The position numbers and the translations under genes are program-made. From the NCBI GenBank assembly GCA_964419245.1, contig CAYQOV010000003.1:21334-85333 (forward strand): DNA of 64,000 nt, read 5' to 3'. Of this stretch, positions 1-9,889 are shown in pieces. How positions within the stretch are numbered: the stretch's first letter is position 1; the number at the start of each line of letters is the position of its first letter. Below the pieces are notes generated by a model, which was not told the origin of the DNA, did no database searches, and saw nothing but the letters and a program-made list of their open reading frames with translations. This DNA is from an uncultured Bacteroides sp. (GTDB lineage: Bacteria > Bacteroidota > Bacteroidia > Bacteroidales > Bacteroidaceae).

Positions 1-467
1 TAATACCCGTCGATGACATAGACCACCACCCTACCGTCCGCCAAGCGAAAAGCTTCGGGATTATGTCCTTTCCCAATGGAGTTCTTTATCTTGAACGGAC
101 CGGACAAACGGTCACTCACCGCATGGAAAACCGTCGATTTGGACCAGAACATGTGTCCTCTGGGTGAACGTTCGGGCCATCCGCAAACATACAGATGATA
201 TTTCCCGTCATTTGTCTGTAAGATGTTACCACCCCAAAAAGACACGTCGGGTAGCTCGATGCCGTTGTCTACATAGCGGTTCTGTACACTATCCGTACCC
301 CATACATGCGTTCCTTTTACACCGTCGGGCATCGGAAGGAAACGGTCCATGAAACGGGCACCCGGCACCAGCTGTTTCCATTCCTCAGGACGGGGACGTT
401 CCGTGACCTGTGCCCCCAACGAAGCACACAGGACAGAAGCCCAAAACCATAAAACAAGTTTCTTCAT
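1..467 (-). CDS. Secreted glycoside hydrolase, five-bladed beta-propeller (GH43/32/68-like); 3' end runs off the window
   Basis: Not in the ORF track; translated by hand from ATG at 467: MKKLVLWFWASVLCASLGAQVTERPRPEEW...SFWGGNILQTNDGKYHLYVCGWPE...GHNPEAF, with no stop before position 1. Signal peptide plus WGG/YHLY/HNP propeller-type motifs. Confidence 0.7.
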   Translation of the reverse strand, partial: MKKLVLWFWASVLCASLGAQVTERPRPEEWKQLVPGARFMDRFLPMPDGVKGTHVWGTDSVQNRYVDNGIELPDVSFWGGNILQTNDGKYHLYVCGWPERSPRGHMFWSKSTVFHAVSDRLSGPFKIKNSIGKGHNPEAFRLADGRVVVYVIDGY

Positions 468-510
468 CTATCTTACTCTTTTGCGTTATGTGAGAGAATA
501 CAATTGTAAA

Positions 511-1527
511 TCAGAATTTCACCAAAATACGAAACACCTTTCCGGGAGCAGCCGCCCAACGTTCCATGGCCTGCTGTGCCCCTTCGGGAGGAACAACAGC
601 AGAAGTAAACTTCTCTATCGGGCAATGTCCACTTTTCATATAATGAATGACGGCACGGAAGTCGGCAGGAAGCGCATTACGCGAGCCGCGGATATCCAGT
701 TCCTTCTGAACAAAGAGCTTCGTCTGGAAGACCACTTCGCTCTTGGCATATCCGATGCAAACCACACGCCCCGTAAAGCCTACAATATCCACAGCCATGA
801 CATATGTGGCCGGACTGCCGACCGCTTCGACCACGACATCGGCTCCCAGTCCATCCGTAAGTTCCCGGATTCGTTCGTCCACATTCTCGGTAGATGAATT
901 GATAACGTAAGAAGCACCTACGACCTTGGCCAAAGCCAGTTTCTCATTATCCAGGTCAACAGCCACAACTGTTGCACCACGTTGTACAGCGCGGATTACG
1001 GCTCCCATACCAACCATGCCGCAACCAATGACAACCACCCACTCATTATCGACCACCTGAGCCCTTGAAACAGCGTGGAAGCCCACACTCATCGGTTCAA
1101 TCAGCGCACTATCGCGCGAGGAAATACCCTCGGTAGGGATTATCTTCGTCCAAGGCAGAACCGCATATTCGCACATCACGCCGTTACGTTGGACACCCAA
1201 CGTCTCGTTGTGCTCACAGGCATTCACACGACCGTTGCGACAAGAGGCACACTTTCCGCAACTGGTATAGGGATTCAGCGTCACATTCATACCCTTGACA
1301 AAACCGACAGGCACTTCCGGACCGACAGCTTCGATTACCGCCCCCACTTCATGACCGGGAATAACGGGAAGCTTCACCATCGGATTCCGCCCAAGATACG
1401 TGTTCAAGTCCGAACCACAAAAACCTACATACTCTATTTTAACCAAAACTTCACCGGTATGAAGTACAGGGCGTTCCACCTCCACCACCTTCATATCCGA
1501 AGGGGCTGCTATTTGAACTGCTTTCAT
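511..1527 (-). CDS. Zn-dependent medium-chain dehydrogenase, probable L-galactonate 5-dehydrogenase
   Basis: GFCGSD, GHE, CxxCxxC...C structural Zn and GCGMVG Rossmann motifs; operon order matches the B. vulgatus L-galactose pathway. Confidence 0.85.
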   Translation of the reverse strand: MKAVQIAAPSDMKVVEVERPVLHTGEVLVKIEYVGFCGSDLNTYLGRNPMVKLPVIPGHEVGAVIEAVGPEVPVGFVKGMNVTLNPYTSCGKCASCRNGRVNACEHNETLGVQRNGVMCEYAVLPWTKIIPTEGISSRDSALIEPMSVGFHAVSRAQVVDNEWVVVIGCGMVGMGAVIRAVQRGATVVAVDLDNEKLALAKVVGASYVINSSTENVDERIRELTDGLGADVVVEAVGSPATYVMAVDIVGFTGRVVCIGYAKSEVVFQTKLFVQKELDIRGSRNALPADFRAVIHYMKSGHCPIEKFTSAVVPPEGAQQAMERWAAAPGKVFRILVKF

Positions 1528-1539
1528 TTCTATTTTACT

Positions 1540-2463
1540 TTATTCTGACATGTTCTTAATATAAGGCAAATCCGGCAAGGAACCGAAACCATAGAAAGTA
1601 CGGGCATTCTCACCCAAGAAAAGAGCCTTTTCCTCATCCGTCAGTTCGGACGACTTGAGTATGAAGTCATAAGACATGCGGTAAGTGATGGCCGTGATGG
1701 TGCGCGGATAGTCCGAACCCCACATCAGCTTGTCCATACCTACCTGATCGGCCGCCTCACGAATGGCACGAACCGCCCCACTGAACGGATAGAACTCGTC
1801 GTTGAAGAGCCACGTGATGCCGCCCGACTCGATGCGTACGTTCGGATGGCGGGCCAGCTTCACCTGCTCAATCCAACCCGGACGGGTCACCATGGCGAAA
1901 TGACCGATGGTTACCTTCAACCGCGGACATTCCTGAATGACTTCCTCCATCTCGGGCACCTGCGTATCGCCGTCGGCCAGGTCGATGGAGAGCAATACAC
2001 CGTTCTGCTCCATCAGCTTGAACATCTGCATCATCTCTTCACTGTTCAGCATCACGCGCCCTTCTTTCAGCAACAAACGCTGGGCAGGAATCTTGATGCC
2101 ACGGAAGCCGCAGGCTATCAGTTGGCGTGCCTGCTCCAAGTAGCCGGGCTTGCGAAACTCGCACATACCGCACACAAAAAAGCGATCAGGATATCGGGCA
2201 GACACCTCAGCGAGGTAATCGTTCTGAAAGCCGTCGATAAACTCCTGCGTAACGACGGCAGCCGACACATGCGCATAGTCCATGTTCGACAAAAATACCT
2301 CGGCACTGTTCACGCCGTCCACCATAAACGGAGGAAGCATTTGCCTCACTTCACCCATGAAGAGCGAACGTCCGTTTTCCAACGTACGGACAGGCATACC
2401 GTCAACCACCGTGTCCTGCTTCAGCCACAAGTGGGAATTGGCGTCTATTATGGTATAGTCCAT
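1540..2463 (-). CDS. Amidohydrolase_2 family sugar lactonase, probable L-galactono-1,5-lactonase
   Basis: IIDANSHLW, IGHF and MWGSDYP motifs; lies between the AKR and the dehydrogenase. Confidence 0.85.
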   Translation of the reverse strand: MDYTIIDANSHLWLKQDTVVDGMPVRTLENGRSLFMGEVRQMLPPFMVDGVNSAEVFLSNMDYAHVSAAVVTQEFIDGFQNDYLAEVSARYPDRFFVCGMCEFRKPGYLEQARQLIACGFRGIKIPAQRLLLKEGRVMLNSEEMMQMFKLMEQNGVLLSIDLADGDTQVPEMEEVIQECPRLKVTIGHFAMVTRPGWIEQVKLARHPNVRIESGGITWLFNDEFYPFSGAVRAIREAADQVGMDKLMWGSDYPRTITAITYRMSYDFILKSSELTDEEKALFLGENARTFYGFGSLPDLPYIKNMSE

Positions 2464-2479
2464 ATGTCTTCCCCTCCCC

Positions 2480-3412
2480 TTATGAATTGGCCCAGCTTAC
2501 ACGGAACTGGTCGCCGATAATCTCACGAACTTCACGTACCAGCGTTTCATCCATCGGCTCTTCGATGAAGGCCACGTTCTTGCGCACATTCTGCGGATTG
2601 GCCGTACTGAACAGGGTCGTGGCGATACGCGGATTGCTTACGGCATACTGCATGGCCAGCTTCTCGATGGGATAGTTCCGGGCTTTGCAATGCTCCATGG
2701 CCTTGCGACAAGCCTCGACCAACGGAAGGGGAGCCGGATGCCAGGCGGGAACACCACGCTCGGTGAGCAAACCCATGGACAAGGGAGAAGCACTGATGAC
2801 CCCAATGCCTCGGGATTCAAAATAATCCAGGAAATCTGCCAGCTTGTCGTCGCACAGGCAGTAGTGGCAGAAGTTGAGCACGGACTCCACCGTACCTGCG
2901 GGCGAATGGTCGATGACCCACTTCAGATTCTCCAGTTGCAGGTCTGTGATGCCCACGTGGTCCACCACACCTTTCTCGCGCAACTCCACCAGCGCCGGCA
3001 GGGTTTCGTTGACAACCTGATGGAGGTCGGCAAACTCGATGTCGTGTACATTGATGAGGTCGATGTAGTCGATGTTCAGGCGTTCCATGCTTTCGTAAAC
3101 GCTTTCCGTGGCACGCTTGCCCGAATAGTCCCACGTGTTGACACCGTCCTTGCCGTAACGGCCCACCTTGGTGGAGAGGTAATATTTGTCGCGCGGAATG
3201 TCCTTCAACGCCTTGCCCAAAACGGTTTCAGCCTTGTAATGTCCATAGTAGGGAGAAACGTCGATAAAGTTCATACCCAATTCGATGGCGGTGAACACCG
3301 CTTCGATACCTTCTTTTTCCTTGATATCATGGAATACGCCTCCCAACGAAGAAGCTCCGAAACTGAGCGAAGACACCTTCATACCTGTCTTTCCGATTTC
3401 ATGGTATTGCAT
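2480..3412 (-). CDS. Aldo/keto reductase, probable L-galactose dehydrogenase
   Basis: IDVSPYYG (Asp/Tyr), STKVG (Lys) and NVHD (His) make up the AKR catalytic tetrad. Confidence 0.88.
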   Translation of the reverse strand: MQYHEIGKTGMKVSSLSFGASSLGGVFHDIKEKEGIEAVFTAIELGMNFIDVSPYYGHYKAETVLGKALKDIPRDKYYLSTKVGRYGKDGVNTWDYSGKRATESVYESMERLNIDYIDLINVHDIEFADLHQVVNETLPALVELREKGVVDHVGITDLQLENLKWVIDHSPAGTVESVLNFCHYCLCDDKLADFLDYFESRGIGVISASPLSMGLLTERGVPAWHPAPLPLVEACRKAMEHCKARNYPIEKLAMQYAVSNPRIATTLFSTANPQNVRKNVAFIEEPMDETLVREVREIIGDQFRVSWANS

Positions 3413-3494
3413 AATCCTTCTGTTTTTAAATGTTTACGTCAACAAAGGTAAAGGAAGAAGCAGACAGTCTGTCCGCCGACAAATCGGAAAAAGC

Positions 3495-3510
3495 ACGTAA
3501 AGGTTTACGT
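3495..3510. promoter_or_regulatory. Probable LacI-family operator between divergent promoters
   Basis: Palindrome ACGTAAA-GG-TTTACGT. Flanked by Bacteroidetes -7 boxes TACCTTTG (3443-3450, minus) and TATATTTG (3536-3543, plus). A weaker copy TAAATGTTTACGT lies at 3427-3439. Confidence 0.7.
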
Positions 3511-3591
3511 AACATTTCTTACCTGCCGGTAGATGTATATTTGCCCGAAAAGTGCTTTCTTTGCACAAAGAATTAAAAATGTAGGCAGACA

Positions 3592-4659
3592 ATGGAACAC
3601 TCCAAACATACTTCGTTGAAAGACCTTGCCAAAGTACTGGGCGTATCCATCCCCACCGTTTCAAGGGCATTGAAAGACAGTCCCGACATCAGCCGCGACC
3701 TGTGTGAACGAGCCAAACGGCTGGCGAAGGAGATGAACTACCGCCCCAATCCCTTCGCCATGAGCCTGCGAAAAAACACACCACGCATCATCGGAGTGAT
3801 TGTGCCCGACATCGTGACCCACTTCTTCTCTTCTATCCTGAGCGGCATCGAAGATACGGCCGTGGCCAACGGCTACTTCGTCATTATCACCACCTCGCAC
3901 GAGTCCTACGAACACGAAAAACGAAACATCGAAAACCTGGTGAACATGCGCGTGGAGGGCATCATCGCCTGCCTCTCGCAGGAGACGACGGACTACAGCC
4001 ACTGGGCTGCCCTGACGGACATCAACATGCCCCTCATCCTCTTCGACCGTGTCTGCCTGAGCGACCGCTTCTCCACCGTCGTGGCCGACGGAGCGCAATC
4101 GGCCCAGGCAGCCACCCAGCACCTGCTGGACACAGGCAGCCACCGCGTGGCCTTCATCGGCGGAGCCAACCACCTGGACATCGTCAAACGGCGCAAGCAC
4201 GGCTACCTGGAGGCCCTGCGCGAAAACCATATTCCCATCGAAAAGGAACTGGTAGTGTGCCGCAAGATAGACTACGAGGAAGGCAAGATAGCCACAGAGT
4301 CGCTCCTCGCCCTGCCCCATCCGCCCGACGCCATCCTGGCCATGAACGACACGCTGGCCTTCGCCGCCATGGAAGTCATCAAGAGCCATGGCCTGCGCAT
4401 CCCCCAGGACATAGCCTTGATAGGCTATACCGACGAACAACATGCCAACTACGTGGAGCCCAAGCTATCCGCTGTATGCCACCAGACCTACCAGATGGGC
4501 GTAGCTGCCTGCCGTCTGCTGATTGACCGTCTGAAAGGTGACAAGACGGTGCGGCAGGTTGTGGTTCCCACAACTCTGCAAGTGAGGGAGAGCAGTGTTA
4601 AAAGGCCGATCACAAACGCCTCCAAAGCGCCCACCATCCAACATGTCATTCAAAACTAA
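3592..4659 (+). CDS. LacI-family transcriptional regulator
   Basis: N-terminal SLKDLAKVLGVSIPTVSRAL HTH, YRPN hinge and periplasmic-binding-protein-like domain. Confidence 0.95.
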   Translation: MEHSKHTSLKDLAKVLGVSIPTVSRALKDSPDISRDLCERAKRLAKEMNYRPNPFAMSLRKNTPRIIGVIVPDIVTHFFSSILSGIEDTAVANGYFVIITTSHESYEHEKRNIENLVNMRVEGIIACLSQETTDYSHWAALTDINMPLILFDRVCLSDRFSTVVADGAQSAQAATQHLLDTGSHRVAFIGGANHLDIVKRRKHGYLEALRENHIPIEKELVVCRKIDYEEGKIATESLLALPHPPDAILAMNDTLAFAAMEVIKSHGLRIPQDIALIGYTDEQHANYVEPKLSAVCHQTYQMGVAACRLLIDRLKGDKTVRQVVVPTTLQVRESSVKRPITNASKAPTIQHVIQN

Positions 4660-7070
4660 GGATGGGTCATCATTGTTGTTGATACTGTATTCAAACCATT
4701 ACATGTTGCTTTAATTGTTACTGCACCATCCTTACGTGTTGAGCGTAATATAGCAAGAGCACCACCCCGATATAATGTAGTAGAGGCCCTTTCAAAATTC
4801 TCATTTGTAAAATGGTCACCATTATCAAGAGCTATAAGTTTCGCCTCACCTGAAATAGAAATAGAAAGCTCACTTTCAAAATTTTCCACGACATATCCGT
4901 CATTATCTACTGCAATAAAACGCACATACTGAAGATCCATGCCATCAGCTTTCCAAGTTTTCATATTCTCCACTTCTACCTTCAAACGTATAGCCTGACC
5001 AGGCGATTGAAGCTCATGTCGAGCTACCTCCTTACCATTATTGCGTGCGATAGCTATTACGTTCCCCGGTTGCCAACTTATATTTCTCCAAAGTAATTTA
5101 TTCCGTACTTTATTATCCTTACAATTATTATATTTAATACCAAGACTTTTCTCATTTTGTAACAACTCCACCTCATCACAGTTCGTAGAGATTTCCAATG
5201 TAATACTATCACCTTTGTTCGGTTTCCAATAAAAATGGCTCATTTCTGCACGTCCAGAAAGAATATCATTCCAAATAACACTCTTTTGTTCACTGTCAAG
5301 GACACCAATGTGTACTTGCGGTTCATCAATAAAACATGAACGTACAAGCCATGCACGAGGATAAGGTTTTAGTGTGTGATCAAAAAATGAATAATTCCAT
5401 CCTTTTTTGGGCCAGCCATCACTTTCTCCCCAATATTCAATCGCCCCCCAATAACACAATCCGACAGTAGAATCCTTGTCCATACAAAAATAAGGCGTAA
5501 CGAGATCATTAACAGAGGCCTCGCTTTGAAATATAATCAAATTGGGATTACATTCCTTATAACGACGGTAGTCTGCATACTCATAATTATATGACGCAAT
5601 TTCTGTTATACAAGATAACTCTGGTGGAACAATATTTTTTACTTCACGAAATCCAGCATCAGCACGACGTATACCATTGGCACGCGCAGGATACATAGCA
5701 GCTGTAGAAGGACGAGTTTTATCATAGCGCTTCAAGTATACGTCAAAGATACGATATGTAGTAACTCCCCAATCACCAGTCATATACCCAGAAGCATTTT
5801 CCCGATGTTGCATCTCATTACCAAGACTCCACATTATGATACAAGGATGATTACGATCACGTTTTACCCATTCTGTTAAAATTTCAGGCCATATATGCAT
5901 GAATGGCTTTCGTCCTCCCCAACAATTGCCATCATTGCTCCACTTGTCCACAAACTCATCAACTACAACAAATCCCATTTCATCACAAAGATCATAAAAC
6001 ACATTTGGATAAGGATTGTGCGAACATCGTATTGCATTAAAACCAAATTCTTTAAGACGTTTCAATTGGCGTTCAATGGCACGACGAAATGTTGCCACAC
6101 CAACTCCACCGAAATCTGCATGATTAGCAATCCCTTTTAAAAACACTTTTCTACCATTGAGTCTAAAACCAAAATCTTTTCCATACTCTATTGTACGGAA
6201 ACCAAAACGAGTGGACAAACAATCCGTTTCCTTACCATCAACATACATCCGTACTACACAAGTATAAAGATTAGGAGTATCTATATCCCACAACTTTGGA
6301 TCAACAATCTCCATCTCATCAATAGGGACCTCAACTAATTGTAGGCGAGATTGTGAAGGAGCTGGAGTTAATTCGCTTTTTACAATTTCATTATCCTGTG
6401 AATCGATTATACAAGCTTGAAATGAGACATTTCCTTTATCAAGTAAATACCCCGGAAGCTCAGCTTGAGCACAAACACTCCATTTACAGCCTGCAATTTT
6501 TCTGGTCACAACATAGACTCCATGGCGAGACATTGACATAGTATCTTTCACAATGATACGAACATCTCTATTTATGCCTCCCCCTGTATACCAACGTGAA
6601 CCTCCCTCAACGCCAGTATGAGTATATACAGCAAGAAGATTGTCTTGACCATATTTTATTTTATTTGTCACATCACACTCAAAACCACAATAGCCATATT
6701 CAGTTGATCCGATTTTCTCACCATTGAGATAAACGTCACCATAATACATCATTCCTTCAAAATCAATAAGCACTTGACGTCCCTCCCACGTTTCACAAGG
6801 GCGAAAAGATTTACGAAACCATGCGCCGGACATTTCCTTAAAAGCCCGTGCTCGATTTGCAGTTTCTTTCCATGGCATATTCAATTGATAATCATATGGT
6901 AAATCCAGTTCTCTCCATTGACTATCATCTAAATTCGTTTTTTCTCCATCCTTTACTTCTCCTAATTGGAATTTCCATCCGAAATTTAACAAAATCACCT
7001 CCCTTTCACTTGCTGACATTGCATATACAATGAATGACAGCATCATACAAACAAGTATATTTCTTTTCAT
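4656..7070 (-). CDS. Glycoside hydrolase family 2 (beta-galactosidase-like), secreted
   Basis: LNFGWKF, SRWYTGGGI, NAIRCSHNP and WSLGNE (acid/base Glu) motifs; signal peptide. Confidence 0.92.
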   Translation of the reverse strand: MKRNILVCMMLSFIVYAMSASEREVILLNFGWKFQLGEVKDGEKTNLDDSQWRELDLPYDYQLNMPWKETANRARAFKEMSGAWFRKSFRPCETWEGRQVLIDFEGMMYYGDVYLNGEKIGSTEYGYCGFECDVTNKIKYGQDNLLAVYTHTGVEGGSRWYTGGGINRDVRIIVKDTMSMSRHGVYVVTRKIAGCKWSVCAQAELPGYLLDKGNVSFQACIIDSQDNEIVKSELTPAPSQSRLQLVEVPIDEMEIVDPKLWDIDTPNLYTCVVRMYVDGKETDCLSTRFGFRTIEYGKDFGFRLNGRKVFLKGIANHADFGGVGVATFRRAIERQLKRLKEFGFNAIRCSHNPYPNVFYDLCDEMGFVVVDEFVDKWSNDGNCWGGRKPFMHIWPEILTEWVKRDRNHPCIIMWSLGNEMQHRENASGYMTGDWGVTTYRIFDVYLKRYDKTRPSTAAMYPARANGIRRADAGFREVKNIVPPELSCITEIASYNYEYADYRRYKECNPNLIIFQSEASVNDLVTPYFCMDKDSTVGLCYWGAIEYWGESDGWPKKGWNYSFFDHTLKPYPRAWLVRSCFIDEPQVHIGVLDSEQKSVIWNDILSGRAEMSHFYWKPNKGDSITLEISTNCDEVELLQNEKSLGIKYNNCKDNKVRNKLLWRNISWQPGNVIAIARNNGKEVARHELQSPGQAIRLKVEVENMKTWKADGMDLQYVRFIAVDNDGYVVENFESELSISISGEAKLIALDNGDHFTNENFERASTTLYRGGALAILRSTRKDGAVTIKATCNGLNTVSTTMMTHP

Positions 7071-7085
7071 AAAAAATTATTTATA

Positions 7086-9650
7086 TTATTTTGCAATGAT
7101 AAACGTGCTTTCATAAGGTCTTAAATCAAGTATTCCATCAAATGATTTTCGTTCCAAGGTAAGCGGATTCCATACTTCTATATTCTTGTAATTAGTACGT
7201 AAAGCTACACTCTGAGTATAATCATGATTACTATGATTATATACAAAATAAATATCTGTATCTTTTGTCTGACGATGATAAAAAAATGTCTTATCGGAGG
7301 GGGTATCTGCACTATTTATAGTAATATCTGGCTTTATTCCCGCCTTCTCCATAATATCTGCAATTTCCTCACCTTTATCACAACGTATGATAAGCATACC
7401 TTGCTCACGCAATTTCATAAACCATTTTTCTGCTTCCGAAGATATATAAGTACGATCCTGTACAACTAACGCCTTATATCGCGGACAACAAGCGTTTTCA
7501 TCAAACAATGAAGACTCTTTCAATGAGCGCAACGTACACACATCATATTGATAACCTTCTGGAATAACCGGCAATTTGTAAGTCATAGTCTTTAACGGAG
7601 CATCTTCTCCAATATATATAAGAAGATCAACCACAGGACGTCCCGTCTGCAAAAGTTCTGCACAGCGTGCCTGATAATCCCAAAAATGAACACGACTCAA
7701 AGGCCATGCCGGATTCAAACGGTGAAAGATATAAGGATGATTGCTCTTCGAATCATCGTATTTATCATTAAGCCAAGGCTGATAACTCCCTGCACAAACA
7801 ACAAATTCATTGACACCTTTACAGTATGCCAAATTAGCAATGCGTAGCAATTTGTGCCAACCTTTAATACTCCTTTCTGGAGATGTATTTTTATCATCAA
7901 CAAAATAAGGACTATCAGTGAAAGCCTCCGCTGAAGATATGCTCCTGCCGTAAAGATGGGCTGCAGAAGTACAATCCAAACAATCGTAATTACCATTGAC
8001 TTGATATCCCCAGAACTCACCTTGCGGCTTATCAGAACGACCACGTGAAGCAATATTATCATTCACACATCCCAACATTGCCTGACAAGTGAAGGTTACC
8101 CTATCACGTTTACAAAGACGTGCAAATGTTCCATAAAACTGCTCGCTAATCGTTTCATCGATTACCCGACGGAAATCACGTAAAAAATGTTCTGTTCTTT
8201 CACGATTTCCAACAATATATCCACACAATGCCAAAAGCCAAGGCCTAATGTCATAACCAGCTATACGTTTAAAATGAACTGGCATTTCCGCAGTCCAATT
8301 AGCAATACCTGCCTCATGGCTATCCATATGAAAACCTTGAGGAGCACAATTTATGGCAGAAAGAGTATCATATATTGCTTTGAAATAATTCTCATAATGC
8401 AACTCTGCAGCCTTTGCATTCATCACATCTGCTTCCAACCATGTTTTAGCATATAGTTCCTCGCCTTTCCACATTACCCGACTACGCCCATGCTTAGTAT
8501 GTCCTCCTGTAGGAATGTAACCAATACGCACAATACGATATTCCCCCGCTTTAACACTTGACAACTGACTCATATCTATACAACCTTCAGAATCTACCAA
8601 AGATGTAATATCTATAATATCATTCACACTTAGCGCGCCATGATTTCCACCTGTCACATGCGGATAAGTAACTTCAGATCTCAGACCTGTTTTTACTTCC
8701 CAATTATCAATCATATCACGCCCACTAAGCCATACATTTTCTATCTCCAACTTGTCAAATCTTGATAATGCATCCATCCAATCATGCAAACGTACACGAA
8801 AATATCGTGCCTTTACTGCCGGGAAATTAATCGTACGCTGACTGCTTTTAGCCCCTATGATATTTTCTACTGTCAACAATTCAGCTGCCGATTTCCATGT
8901 TATACCATTATCACTATATTCAAGATCTCCAATAGGCGGAAAGTCAACATATCCGGCACCGAAAAAACGCTTCTGTGGTTGTCCCGGTACATTCATTGAA
9001 CCATACGAACCTTTACCACGAGGATTCGTCTTATATATTATCGTACTTACAGATAAAGGAGATCCCGCATCATAATTTATAACAAGTTCCGCATTATCTT
9101 CAACCCTTAACCGTTCTTTCTGTATACAAACAGAAGCATACATTGCTGGATTAGGAATCAGCACTGTCGCAATATCTTTGAAACCTTCACGAGAATATGT
9201 AGGTAGAGAGATACTTTCTCCTTTTTCGGCAGGAATTGAAACAAGAGCTTCCACACTTGCCACTTGTTGCATTCCCATGTCCGGCGTTATCCATGGACCA
9301 CCTGCCACATAACCATTAGACGCTGCAATCTCAAAACTTAAGCCTAAGTTCCTTGCACGAAGGGAAGCATATTTTAACATTTCCCACCATTCTGGCGACA
9401 TAGATGCAAAAGCGCCTTCTTCAGTACCATGAGTCTGATCATAATAGACAACACCTCCCAATCCTGCCTCTTTAAAGGCATTCAAATCTGCATCTATGCC
9501 TTCTTTAGTCGTAGTGGTTTCACCATGAAACCACCAGACTTTCGTACGTGCATCTTGCTTGGGATTACAAAACTGCTTCCATAATGCGTCTTGAGCTCCA
9601 GTCTTCAAAAAGAAGAAAGCTGAAAACATAGTAACAACAAAAAATTTCAT
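7086..9650 (-). CDS. Glycoside hydrolase family 106 (alpha-L-rhamnosidase-like)
   Basis: KVWWFHG, GGPWITP, MDSHEAG, PQGEFW and SAAHLYG...SAEAFT motifs typical of GH106. Confidence 0.85.
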   Translation of the reverse strand: MKFFVVTMFSAFFFLKTGAQDALWKQFCNPKQDARTKVWWFHGETTTTKEGIDADLNAFKEAGLGGVVYYDQTHGTEEGAFASMSPEWWEMLKYASLRARNLGLSFEIAASNGYVAGGPWITPDMGMQQVASVEALVSIPAEKGESISLPTYSREGFKDIATVLIPNPAMYASVCIQKERLRVEDNAELVINYDAGSPLSVSTIIYKTNPRGKGSYGSMNVPGQPQKRFFGAGYVDFPPIGDLEYSDNGITWKSAAELLTVENIIGAKSSQRTINFPAVKARYFRVRLHDWMDALSRFDKLEIENVWLSGRDMIDNWEVKTGLRSEVTYPHVTGGNHGALSVNDIIDITSLVDSEGCIDMSQLSSVKAGEYRIVRIGYIPTGGHTKHGRSRVMWKGEELYAKTWLEADVMNAKAAELHYENYFKAIYDTLSAINCAPQGFHMDSHEAGIANWTAEMPVHFKRIAGYDIRPWLLALCGYIVGNRERTEHFLRDFRRVIDETISEQFYGTFARLCKRDRVTFTCQAMLGCVNDNIASRGRSDKPQGEFWGYQVNGNYDCLDCTSAAHLYGRSISSAEAFTDSPYFVDDKNTSPERSIKGWHKLLRIANLAYCKGVNEFVVCAGSYQPWLNDKYDDSKSNHPYIFHRLNPAWPLSRVHFWDYQARCAELLQTGRPVVDLLIYIGEDAPLKTMTYKLPVIPEGYQYDVCTLRSLKESSLFDENACCPRYKALVVQDRTYISSEAEKWFMKLREQGMLIIRCDKGEEIADIMEKAGIKPDITINSADTPSDKTFFYHRQTKDTDIYFVYNHSNHDYTQSVALRTNYKNIEVWNPLTLERKSFDGILDLRPYESTFIIAK

Positions 9651-9889
9651 ATCATAAACTTTATATCAAATCTTATGTGACAAAAATACAACCTATCATT
9701 ATCAATACAAATCCAATATTATCCATTTCCTATCATTTTTGTTTCTTGCACATAAAAAATAATAGTAGAAAAGTACACTTCCGTTTCATTACTGACACTT
9801 TTATTTCATTTCTACGTTTCCTTCCCCTTCCAAGTACCAATGACTTATAAAAAACTCTATCTTTGTGATAGAATCAACTCATCTATAAA

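Noticed and set aside
9692-9737. CCTATCATT direct repeat as the HTCS binding site
   Set aside because: The 37-bp spacing does not fit the roughly 21-bp spacing I expect for HTCS boxes, and the region is AT-rich enough for chance matches.
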